Source of the DNA: Corynebacterium glutamicum ATCC 13032
Lineage (GTDB): Bacteria; Actinomycetota; Actinomycetes; Mycobacteriales; Mycobacteriaceae
Assembly: GCF_000011325.1 (NCBI RefSeq)
Contig: NC_003450.3
Span: forward strand, 2,460,001-2,492,000
Reading direction: 5' to 3'
Length of the DNA: 32,000 nt
Each line of letters begins with the position of its first letter. The first letter of the stretch is position 1. Made by a program: the position numbers and the translations under genes. Below are positions 16,498-24,661 of this stretch, piece by piece. A model generated the notes under the pieces. That model was not told the origin of the DNA. It made no database searches and was given only the letters and a program-made list of their open reading frames with translations.

Positions 16498-17496
16498 ATG
16501 AATGATTTCGAAACAACCATCGATCGGATCTCTAAAGAACAAGATCCCGCAGCCCGAAGCCGCGTGGAACAGTTCATTGTGGAAACAGTACGTGCACTAC
16601 CCAACTTGACCACCAAACAAGGTGCATCGTTGGCTATCCAACTTCTTGATGCGGTACAGCTCGCGGATGCGGCGGGAACCAAGGGGGGTGCGTCGACAAG
16701 CAATGCTTCATCGCTGCCTGACACCTTTGACGCGCTGACCAGCCTGATTGGCAAGCTCGATGTGCGCAGCGATTCTGAATGGCGCTCGTTTGGGTTCCAG
16801 CCTTCTGAAACTGCGCACCCGCTAATGATCGCTATCCCTGAGATTGAGATTTTTTATCAGCACACCGATGTGGAGCCGGGAAGCGATGACGCCGTGGCGC
16901 CGGACTTTCAGGAAAATCAGGATATGTGGCGCAGGCGTCTCGGATCTGTCACCGAACCAAACCTTATATATAAAGAGTTTTCCGGACCCGGCAAAGCGCA
17001 GCGTGCCGTAGAAATGCTGGGCAATCTGTGGAAGATCGGCGTGGTGGTGAGTAGGAATACGGAAAGTCGCCTTGGGTTAACTCGTGTGGAATACACCCCC
17101 ACCCCTGGCGAAGTACCCGTGCCGCTGATGTCGGAGAAGAACTGTTGGTACAGCATTCGGGTGTCTGAAACCATTGGTGAGAACCAGGTTCCGGAAATTG
17201 TGCGCTGCTTAGGCGAGATTTTCTGTGGCTATCTTCCCCAGATGTGGCTCAAAGAACCAGTAAAGGCCGGCAAGTTGCGAATCCAAGAATCGGAAGCAGC
17301 AGCGTATATCGCGATGGCGCGACTAGATCTTTCCCCACGCACCGGCAACACCACTTGGACCAACAGCTATATTTCCACGCGTCCTCTCTCCCCCGCTTTT
17401 AGGTGGGACGTGGTGCTGGAGGCTTCCCACCAATTGGAGAACCTGCTGCGTGGAGACACAGGGCCGGTCACTGCCACACAATCGGCAGCTGGTTAA
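16498..17496 (+). CDS. Hypothetical cytoplasmic protein, 332 aa, no recognisable domain
   Basis: Long ORF with a GAAGGA ribosome-binding site. No TM segment or signal peptide. No catalytic motif I can recognise (no HExxH, no P-loop). Confidence 0.65.
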   Translation: MNDFETTIDRISKEQDPAARSRVEQFIVETVRALPNLTTKQGASLAIQLLDAVQLADAAGTKGGASTSNASSLPDTFDALTSLIGKLDVRSDSEWRSFGFQPSETAHPLMIAIPEIEIFYQHTDVEPGSDDAVAPDFQENQDMWRRRLGSVTEPNLIYKEFSGPGKAQRAVEMLGNLWKIGVVVSRNTESRLGLTRVEYTPTPGEVPVPLMSEKNCWYSIRVSETIGENQVPEIVRCLGEIFCGYLPQMWLKEPVKAGKLRIQESEAAAYIAMARLDLSPRTGNTTWTNSYISTRPLSPAFRWDVVLEASHQLENLLRGDTGPVTATQSAAG

Positions 17497-17558
17497 CCAA
17501 AAGTTCACGTGGAGATCACTCATCGATCACCAACTTCCCATAGGTTTTCTGTGTCCAA

Positions 17559-17635
17559 TGAATGCGTTCAATAAATGCCCTCTTTAAGCATATTCTCTGA
17601 GTGCATTCATTACAGGCGTTAATTAAATGCGTTCA
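17559..17635. promoter_or_regulatory. Three copies of a 12-bp palindromic motif T(G/A)A(A/G)TGC(G/A)TTCA upstream of the LTD protein gene
   Basis: TGAATGCGTTCA (17559-17570), TGAGTGCATTCA (17598-17609), TAAATGCGTTCA (17624-17635). The 10-mer AATGCGTTCA is exact in copies 1 and 3. Confidence 0.4.
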
Positions 17636-17644
17636 TAGAAGAAC

Positions 17645-19255
17645 TTGAAAGTGGTTGAAGTGAAGAAGCGTAATCTCCTCGTAGCTCCCCTCACTGCTTC
17701 CCTGGTGTTCTGTAACTTGGCTGTTGCAGCAAACGCCGTTGAAGTTGAGGCCGAATCACCAGTTGTCATCAATGAAGTTGAATCCAACAGCGACCCAGTT
17801 GGTGACTGGGTGGAGTTGGCTAACACCGACAACAACAACTCCATCGACATTTCCGGTTGGTCCTTAGTCGATGACAAGGAAGACCTGGAAAATGCCCTCG
17901 TCCTTCCTGAAGGCACTGAGATTGAGTCCGGTGGATACTTTGTTATCTACACCGACTCTGCTGATTACGTGCCTACCAACAACACCTTTGGTGGCCAGGA
18001 ATACTTCGGCCTCGGCAAAGATGACACTGTTACTCTGCGCAACGCTGAAGGCGAAGTAGTTGCTACCTATTCCTGGAAGGATCTGGGCGAGCACGCAGAA
18101 AACACCTATGGTCGCATCCCAGATATGACTGGTGATTTCGCAAACACCGGCGTTCCAACCCCAGGTGCAAAGAATGTTGCTGCTGAAGGCTCCGGCGAAG
18201 AAGAAGGCGTTGTTGCAAACGCCCAGCTTCCATTCCACAACGTTGAAATCACCCCAATTCACCTCGGTGGAGATTTCACCGGTGAAGATATGTCCGGCGT
18301 TGATTTCGATGCAAACAGCACCGCATGGATCGCCAACAATGACATTGGAAAGATCTACTCCCTCGCCCACGACATAGCTAACAACACCTACAAGCTGACT
18401 GGCGAATGGGAAACCGGCTACCCAGAAGGCGGCGGAGAGCCAGACGCTGAAGGCATCGTCGCAGCTACCAACGGTGACATCTACCTGTCCACCGAGCGCA
18501 ACAACGCTGACAAGAACGTCTCTCGCCCATCCATCCTGCGTTTTGCTACCCCAACTGGCAAGACTGGCGTACAAAACGCAGTTCAGGAATGGGACCTGTC
18601 TGAGTTCGTCGGCGACATTCAGCCCAATGGTGGTCTTGAGGCAATCGCGCAGCTCGAGGACAACATCTTCGTTGTCGGTGTCGAAGAGACAGGTGATGTC
18701 ATCGTTGTTGATCTTTCCGCTGACCAGCCAGTTCTGGTTCAAAGGTACGAATCTTCCTTCGACGGTGTCATGTCGCTTGATTACAACGCAGCAACCAAGC
18801 AGCTCAGCGTTGTGTGCGACGAAGCATGTGACGGCTTGTCTGAAATCCTCGAATGGGATGGCGAGAAGCTGTACAAGTCCGACGACAAGATCTACGAGCG
18901 TCCAGCAAACCTGGGCAACTGGGCTAACGAAGGCTTCGGCACCTACACCTCAGAGCTTAAATGCGAGAACGGCAACACCGTTTCTGTCACCAGCTACCTC
19001 TGGGCTGACGATGCAGCAACCAACGAAGGCACCTCCCTCAACTCCGCACAGGTCATCAACGGAGATTGCGGCGACGTCAACATCCCTGGAGAGTCCTCTT
19101 CCGACAATTCCTCTTCTGACTTTGCAACCGGCAGCATCGCAGGCGCCTTTGCAACCGCAGTGCTCGCAGTCGTAGGCATTGCGGGCGCACTGGGTGGATT
19201 CTTCCAGCAGATCCTCGCAGCGTTCCCAGCATTGCAGCAGGTCATCCGTTTCTAA
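17645..19255 (+). CDS. Secreted lamin-tail-domain (LTD) protein with a phytase-like/SdiA-regulated-type beta-propeller region and a C-terminal TM anchor, 536 aa
   Basis: Signal peptide (...LAVAANA/VEVE). LTD pattern VVINEVESNSDPVGDWVELANTDNNNSIDISGWSLVDD. Propeller-like repeats (IANNDIGKIYSL, AEGIVAATNGDIYLSTE). Ser-rich linker and TM helix GSIAGAFATAVLAVVGIAGALGGFF; no LPXTG. The start may be TTG 17645 or GTG 17660. Confidence 0.8.
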   Translation: MKVVEVKKRNLLVAPLTASLVFCNLAVAANAVEVEAESPVVINEVESNSDPVGDWVELANTDNNNSIDISGWSLVDDKEDLENALVLPEGTEIESGGYFVIYTDSADYVPTNNTFGGQEYFGLGKDDTVTLRNAEGEVVATYSWKDLGEHAENTYGRIPDMTGDFANTGVPTPGAKNVAAEGSGEEEGVVANAQLPFHNVEITPIHLGGDFTGEDMSGVDFDANSTAWIANNDIGKIYSLAHDIANNTYKLTGEWETGYPEGGGEPDAEGIVAATNGDIYLSTERNNADKNVSRPSILRFATPTGKTGVQNAVQEWDLSEFVGDIQPNGGLEAIAQLEDNIFVVGVEETGDVIVVDLSADQPVLVQRYESSFDGVMSLDYNAATKQLSVVCDEACDGLSEILEWDGEKLYKSDDKIYERPANLGNWANEGFGTYTSELKCENGNTVSVTSYLWADDAATNEGTSLNSAQVINGDCGDVNIPGESSSDNSSSDFATGSIAGAFATAVLAVVGIAGALGGFFQQILAAFPALQQVIRF

Positions 19256-19275
19256 ACCCACTGCTTGAAACACTT

Positions 19276-19321
19276 AAAGCACCGGCAGCCTTCATGGTTA
19301 CCGGTGCTTTTCTGCTCTTTT
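19276..19321 (+). terminator. Rho-independent terminator of the LTD protein gene
   Basis: 10-bp perfect stem AAAGCACCGG / CCGGTGCTTT with a 15-nt loop, followed by TCTGCTCTTTT. Confidence 0.75.
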
Positions 19322-19379
19322 ACAAAGCCCCCACCTATGATTGGGGAGATCCCCTCCCCTGCACTGAAAGCTAAACCCC

Positions 19380-19766
19380 GTGCCACCTTCATTTTTCCCA
19401 CGCCGCCGCAAATCAGAACCCGACCTTCTGGCACTCCCCGCTCAAATCCGGGACGTCCATGCCGACGTTTTAGACATCTTCATGGCGGAATCTTTAGTGA
19501 TTATCAACATCGACGAGAAAAGCGCCAAGCTGCTTATCGACGCCGCCCGCCACCACATCCCCACCCGCTTCACCGGGCCCAACGCCCGGCCGCTCAGCGT
19601 CATCCCCATCGAGGATCCCCGCTCACGCCCGACGCTCCACCCAGATCATGGTTGGATGATGCCGCTAAGCCCACCAGTGGTGGATGAACTGCTTGGCGGT
19701 GGCTTGAAAATTGGAGAAACAGAACTAGAAAGCACCAACATTGCGTTCATTGTTGATGCTTCCTAA
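19380..19766 (+). CDS. Hypothetical small protein (128 aa from GTG 19380, or 94 aa from ATG 19482)
   Basis: C-rich third codon positions are consistent with coding. The gene is bracketed by two terminators. No recognisable family, and the start is uncertain. Confidence 0.45.
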   Translation: MPPSFFPRRRKSEPDLLALPAQIRDVHADVLDIFMAESLVIINIDEKSAKLLIDAARHHIPTRFTGPNARPLSVIPIEDPRSRPTLHPDHGWMMPLSPPVVDELLGGGLKIGETELESTNIAFIVDAS

Positions 19767-19818
19767 AAATCCTGTGCCGTGAGGTTTTGTGAAGTAAAGC
19801 CATGTTGGCATTCCTTTC

Positions 19819-19875
19819 GTGCAAAAAGAAAACCGCCATCGCTCCCCTCTCGTCGAGGTACAGCGGTGGCGGTTT
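19819..19875 (-). terminator. Rho-independent terminator of dctM (minus strand)
   Basis: 13-bp stem including one G-U pair (AAACCGCCATCGC / GCGGTGGCGGTTT), followed on the minus strand by TTTTCTTTTTG. Confidence 0.75.
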
Positions 19876-19895
19876 CTTAGCTGATGGCTGGAGGT

Positions 19896-21209
19896 TTAGC
19901 CTCCCATCAATCCCATTGTTGTGGGCAGCCAGATAGAGATCTGCGGTACGAAAACAACCACGAACAGCGCAACAATAATGGCAATGAGATACGGCCACAG
20001 TCGTCTGATCACAGTTTCCACACGCAGCCCTGCCACTTGCGAACCAACGAACAACACGTTGCCTACTGGTGGGGTAATCACGCCCACGGACAGGTTCATT
20101 ACCACCATCGCACCGAAGTGGACTGGGTCCACACCAAGTTCGGTAACCACTGGAAGGAAGATCGGGACGAAGATCAAAATTGCTGGTGTTGGGTCCATTA
20201 CGGTACCGATGAGTAACAGGATGAACATCATGATCAACAAGATGACAACCTTGGAATCGGATACCGAAAGAAGCGCATCAGAGATCATCTGAGGGATCTT
20301 GGCAAAGGCCATCACCCACGACAGTGCTGCAGAAACTGCAATGAGCAACATGACAATTGATGTGGTGCGAGTTGCCTTGAGCAAAATATCTGCCAGATCT
20401 CCCACCTTGATTGTGCGGTAAATAAAGCCCAAGACCAGGCAGTACACTACAGCAATAGCAGCGGATTCAGTTGGAGTGAACCAGCCCAGCAAGATACCTC
20501 CAACAACAATGACGATCATGAGCAGTGAAGGCAGCGCCCTCCACAGCACAACGAGCGACTGCTTGAATGTTGGATGAATCTGCTCGCGCTTGTAGTTTTC
20601 CTTTCGCGCTAACCAAGTTCCCACGATGACACAGGCCAGAATCCAGAGCAGACCGGGTCCAACACCGGCCATAAATAGTGCTGCAATTGATGTCGAGGAC
20701 ACCAAGGAATACACAATAAAAGTGTTTGATGGCGGGATCAGCATGCCCGCAGGTGCTGAAGCCACGTTGACGGCCGCTGCGTAAGCGCGCGAGTAGCCCT
20801 CTTCCTTCATTTTTGGTGTCATGACGGTTCCCACGGCAGAAGCTGATGCTACCGCTGCCCCTGAAACTGCTCCGAAGAGACCATTTGCTGCGATATTCGT
20901 ATTGGCCATGGAGGCAGGCATGCGGCCGACAAGCACCTTCGCGGCGTCGATAAGCCGCGTGGCAATACCACCCGAGTTCATCAGCAAACCCGCCAACACG
21001 AAGAACGGAATGGCAAGGAGTGTAAAGGAGTTTGTGCCGGTAAACATGCGCTGCGCGACGGCCTGCGCGGCGTTTTCTGGGCCAAGCACGGCCATCGCGG
21101 CAAAAAGTGATGGCAAACCGATGGCAATGGCAACGGGCACTGATGCGATGATGAGCACCACAATGCCGATGACAAGAATTAAAGCTGCTACAGCTGCTGG
21201 CGACAACAT
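19896..21209 (-). CDS. dctM: TRAP transporter large permease subunit (DctM family), 437 aa
   Basis: Typical DctM length and polytopic profile, including the N-terminal IGLPSLFAAMAVLG block. The start lies 1 nt after the dctQ stop. Confidence 0.9.
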   Translation of the reverse strand: MLSPAAVAALILVIGIVVLIIASVPVAIAIGLPSLFAAMAVLGPENAAQAVAQRMFTGTNSFTLLAIPFFVLAGLLMNSGGIATRLIDAAKVLVGRMPASMANTNIAANGLFGAVSGAAVASASAVGTVMTPKMKEEGYSRAYAAAVNVASAPAGMLIPPSNTFIVYSLVSSTSIAALFMAGVGPGLLWILACVIVGTWLARKENYKREQIHPTFKQSLVVLWRALPSLLMIVIVVGGILLGWFTPTESAAIAVVYCLVLGFIYRTIKVGDLADILLKATRTTSIVMLLIAVSAALSWVMAFAKIPQMISDALLSVSDSKVVILLIMMFILLLIGTVMDPTPAILIFVPIFLPVVTELGVDPVHFGAMVVMNLSVGVITPPVGNVLFVGSQVAGLRVETVIRRLWPYLIAIIVALFVVVFVPQISIWLPTTMGLMGG

Positions 21210-21210
21210 A

Positions 21211-21735
21211 TTAGTTCCTACCTTCCGCTGAACTTGCAGAATCTATAGCGCTTTGGGCCTCTAGCTCGTCCAAATCTCGAGGTTCTTCTGATTCATCAAC
21301 AAGGGGGTAAGGCTCTTCCTTGCCTGTGGCCACTTCGATGAGATCGATGATCGCGAACAACGCGATGAACACACCCGCGATCGGGATGACAACATACACC
21401 CATCCCAAGGTAAGTGGCAGCGCAGTGAGCTGCTGATTCCACGCGATTGATGCAGCCAAGTAGCCACCCCAGATCATGCCGAGGATCGCAAAAACAACAA
21501 TCAACAACTGAACAATGACCTGCAGGACCCGCTGCGCAGAAACAGGCAGTTTGCGCGCGATGAAATCAACCGCAATATGTCCACGCTCTCCAAAGAGGAA
21601 CGCACTACCTGCGAAAGATAGCCACACGAACAACAGCTTGGATAGTTCTTCAGACCACGTTGATGGGCTGTGCAGCACCTGGCGGCTAAACACCTGCCAG
21701 GCAGTGACGCACACGATGGACTTAAAATTCATCAT
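21211..21735 (-). CDS. dctQ: TRAP transporter small permease subunit (DctQ family), 174 aa
   Basis: DctQ core WSEELSKLLFVWLSFAGSAF...HIAVDF. AGGAGG ribosome-binding site and an ATGA overlap with the dctP stop. It has an unusually short N-terminus before the QV..R motif and a ~40-aa acidic tail. Confidence 0.8.
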   Translation of the reverse strand: MMNFKSIVCVTAWQVFSRQVLHSPSTWSEELSKLLFVWLSFAGSAFLFGERGHIAVDFIARKLPVSAQRVLQVIVQLLIVVFAILGMIWGGYLAASIAWNQQLTALPLTLGWVYVVIPIAGVFIALFAIIDLIEVATGKEEPYPLVDESEEPRDLDELEAQSAIDSASSAEGRN

Positions 21736-22481
21736 GATGCCGCACCTCCTGAAGTATCAGCGGCGCGCACTGCTTCGTAGAGTTCACGCTGGAATTCTGA
21801 GGTCAAGAATTCGTCTTTGATGGGAGCCAGTGCATCGGTAAATGCTTGCGCATCCACCTCAACGAACTCCGCTCCCCCAGCTTTCGCCTTTTCAATAACG
21901 GCATCAGTTTCTGTGTTCCACAGATCCGTGTGCTCAGTCATCGCGGCGTCCCATTCTTCCAGGAACAATTCACGGTCTGGCTCGCTCATGGCGTCAAGCA
22001 GATCGTGTCGCATGACCATGTAATCCAAACCGACAAGGTGATTGGTGTTGCTGTTGTAGCGAGCAACCTCGAAGTGGTTTTGGGTAACGTAACTGATCTC
22101 GTTATTTTCCGCGCCATCCAGCACACCAGACTGCATCGCGGTATATACCTCGCCGTAAGTCAACGGGGTTGCCGAGCCACCCATGAGTTCAATCATGCGG
22201 ATGTGCATGGCGGATTCCTGGACGCGAATCTTCTTTCCAGCCAGGTCAGCGGGTCTTTTCACCGGCGCATCAGTGGTGTACAGATTTCGGGTGCCTTGGG
22301 TAAATCCACCAATGACAGAAATATTGTCCGATTCCGCAAGACTTTGGAACAGTGGCTCCATCAGATCCTGATCCCGGATCACGCTCATTTGGTGCTCGAT
22401 GCTGCCAATAACCCCCACTTCGGGGGTAGTAAACCAATCAAACGACCTTAGATACTTTCGCTTTTCGACGCTCCCCCACAC
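21732..22481 (-). CDS. dctP: TRAP solute-binding protein (DctP family), apparently N-terminally truncated (249 aa, no signal peptide); possible gene remnant
   Basis: The C-terminal two-thirds resemble DctP (LAGKKIRVQES..., TYGEVYTAMQSGVLDGAENN, ...YNSNTNH). The ORF begins at a GTG 13 nt from the lepA terminator hairpin and has no export signal. Confidence 0.75.
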   Translation of the reverse strand: MWGSVEKRKYLRSFDWFTTPEVGVIGSIEHQMSVIRDQDLMEPLFQSLAESDNISVIGGFTQGTRNLYTTDAPVKRPADLAGKKIRVQESAMHIRMIELMGGSATPLTYGEVYTAMQSGVLDGAENNEISYVTQNHFEVARYNSNTNHLVGLDYMVMRHDLLDAMSEPDRELFLEEWDAAMTEHTDLWNTETDAVIEKAKAGGAEFVEVDAQAFTDALAPIKDEFLTSEFQRELYEAVRAADTSGGAAS

Positions 22482-22494
22482 CGAAGCACGACAA

Positions 22495-22525
22495 CGCCCC
22501 GCTGAGCTTCAAGCTCAGCGGGGCG
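22495..22525 (-). terminator. lepA terminator hairpin (31-nt perfect palindrome, weak U tract)
   Basis: CGCCCCGCTGAGCTT-C-AAGCTCAGCGGGGCG lies 20 nt downstream of the lepA stop. There is no clear T run on the minus strand. Confidence 0.7.
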
Positions 22526-22545
22526 CTAAAAGAGGCTAAAGTTTT

Positions 22546-24393
22546 TTATGCCTCGTCGGTAGACAGTGCTGCTACGAATGCTTCCTGAGGAACCTCGACC
22601 GAACCGATGTTCTTCATGCGCTTCTTACCAGCCTTCTGCTTTTCCAGAAGCTTGCGCTTACGGGAAATATCGCCACCGTAACACTTCGCCAACACGTCCT
22701 TGCGCAGTGCACGAATGTTTTCACGAGCGATAACCTTGGAACCAATGGCTGCCTGCACAGGAACTTCGAACTGCTGGCGAGGGATCAGTTCCTTCAGCTT
22801 CACAGTCATCTTGTTTCCGTACCACTGCGCATTATCGCGGTGCACGATCGCAGAGAATGCATCCACAGGTTCACCTTGGAGCAAGATATCTACCTTGACC
22901 AGGTCGGCAGTCTGCTCGCCAGCTTCCTCGTAGTTCAGCGAAGCGTAACCCTTGGTGCGAGACTTCAACATATCGAAGAAGTCAAAGATGATCTCACCCA
23001 AAGGCATGGTGTAGCGCAGCTCCACGCGGTCCTCCGAAAGGTAGTCCATGCCACCCATCTGACCACGCTTAGTCTGGCACAGCTCCATTGTCGGTCCCAC
23101 AAATTCGCTAGGAACAATGATGGTGACCTTCACGATGGGCTCGTAAACTTCACTGAGCTTTCCGCCAGGCCAGTCAGATGGGTTGTGGACGCGGAATTCC
23201 TTGCCCGCCTCATCAATAACGCGGTAGTTAACAGATGGCGCGGTAGAAATCAGATCAAGGCCAAACTCACGTTCGAGTCGGTCACGGGTGATTTCCATGT
23301 GCAGCAGTCCGAGGAAGCCACATCGGAAACCAAAGCCCAGTGCTACGGACGTTTCGGGTTCGTACGTGAGGGAGGCGTCGTTAAGCTGCAGCTTTTCAAG
23401 CGCATCGCGCAAGTCGGGGAAATCCGCTTGGGAAATCGGGAACAAGCCCGAGTAAACCATCGGTGTTGGTTCCTGGTAACCGCGCAGTGGCTGCTCAGCT
23501 CCATGAATTGCCCACGTGACGGTATCGCCCACCTTAGATTGGCGCACGTCCTTCACACCGGTGATCAGGTAACCAACCTCGCCAGGTCCAAGACCCACAC
23601 ACTTTTTAGGGGTGGGGCTCACGATGCCGATTTCCAGCAACTCGTGGGTGGCGCCGGTGGACATCATCTTGATCTTTTGGCGAGGTGTCAGCTTGCCGTC
23701 CATCATGCGGATGTAGGTAACCACGCCGCGGTAGGTGTCATAGACAGAGTCGAAAATCATCGCACGAGCTGGGGCGTCTTCCTCAAATTCAGAGGTAGGT
23801 GCTGGGATAAGTTCAACGACCTTATCCAGAAGCTCAGGGACACCCATGCCAGTTTTACCGGACACGCGCAACACATCTTCAGGTTCACAACCCACAATGT
23901 TGGCGATCTCCAACGCGTACTTGTCTGGATCCGCCGCTGGAAGGTCAATCTTGTTCAGCACAGGGATGATCTCAAGATCGTTTTCCATAGCCAAGTACAA
24001 GTTTGCCAAGGTCTGGGCTTCAATGCCCTGCGCTGCATCAACAAGCAAAATCGCGCCTTCACACGCTTCAAGCGCCCGAGACACTTCATAGGTGAAGTCC
24101 ACGTGGCCTGGCGTATCGATCATCTGCATGACGATCTGCTGGCCCTCGTACTCACCACTGCGAGGAATCCATGGCAGGCGAACGTTCTGAGCCTTAATGG
24201 TAATGCCACGTTCACGTTCGATGTCCATGTTGTCCAGGTACTGATCACGCATATCGCGGGCATCCACAACGTTAGACAGCTGCAGGATACGGTCAGCGAG
24301 CGTAGATTTACCGTGGTCAATGTGGGCAATGATGCAGAAGTTACGAATCCTGGCTGGATCCGTAAATGTTGTTTCTGCAAATTTCTCTGCCAT
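22546..24393 (-). CDS. lepA: Elongation factor 4 (LepA), 615 aa
   Basis: GTPase motifs [17 protein letters not shown] and NKID, plus the LepA C-terminal domain. ATG 24393 ([10 protein letters not shown]...) is preferred over the track start at 24414. Confidence 0.95.
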   Translation of the reverse strand: MAEKFAETTFTDPARIRNFCIIAHIDHGKSTLADRILQLSNVVDARDMRDQYLDNMDIERERGITIKAQNVRLPWIPRSGEYEGQQIVMQMIDTPGHVDFTYEVSRALEACEGAILLVDAAQGIEAQTLANLYLAMENDLEIIPVLNKIDLPAADPDKYALEIANIVGCEPEDVLRVSGKTGMGVPELLDKVVELIPAPTSEFEEDAPARAMIFDSVYDTYRGVVTYIRMMDGKLTPRQKIKMMSTGATHELLEIGIVSPTPKKCVGLGPGEVGYLITGVKDVRQSKVGDTVTWAIHGAEQPLRGYQEPTPMVYSGLFPISQADFPDLRDALEKLQLNDASLTYEPETSVALGFGFRCGFLGLLHMEITRDRLEREFGLDLISTAPSVNYRVIDEAGKEFRVHNPSDWPGGKLSEVYEPIVKVTIIVPSEFVGPTMELCQTKRGQMGGMDYLSEDRVELRYTMPLGEIIFDFFDMLKSRTKGYASLNYEEAGEQTADLVKVDILLQGEPVDAFSAIVHRDNAQWYGNKMTVKLKELIPRQQFEVPVQAAIGSKVIARENIRALRKDVLAKCYGGDISRKRKLLEKQKAGKKRMKNIGSVEVPQEAFVAALSTDEA

Positions 24394-24597
24394 ATGCGTC
24401 AGGGGTCCCTTCAATTAAATAACGGTGTCCTACTCTACCTGAGCAAACCCAAACAGTTAAACAGCCCTGAACTGCCAAACCATCAGCAGTTTTCCACTGG
24501 TTCTCTAACCCCCTAAACTACCCCCTTTTGATGTAACACATAACTCAGTCTTGCGATATTAGATAATGAGTCAGAAAATGAAGGTAGCACTACTTGC

Positions 24598-24636
24598 TGG
24601 ATTAATTTTCAAGGTTTTCTTTCAGAAATTAATCCA
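24598..24636. promoter_or_regulatory. Perfect 11-bp inverted repeat TGGATTAATTT-N17-AAATTAATCCA upstream of the MazF/PemK-like gene
   Basis: Read directly. The right arm ends 25 nt before the ATG at 24662. The AT-rich surroundings look like a promoter/operator region. Confidence 0.4.
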
Positions 24637-24661
24637 TAGCCGATATTTAAGGTGAGAACAC

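Noticed and set aside
17864-18742. 292-aa ORF antisense to the LTD protein gene
   Set aside because: A shadow ORF of a codon-biased gene. The sense frame has a signal peptide, an LTD and a TM anchor, which together form a coherent architecture.
19265-19687. 140-aa Pro/Arg-rich ORF
   Set aside because: Its composition (PPPHPHPLHRAQRPAAQRHPHRG...) is typical of an off-frame reading of GC-rich DNA. The overlapping frame at 19380-19766 has the better codon pattern.
22840-24516. 558-aa ORF antisense to lepA
   Set aside because: The minus-strand frame is an unmistakable LepA GTPase. The antisense translation has no recognisable domains and runs past the lepA start into the promoter region. It is a codon-bias artefact.
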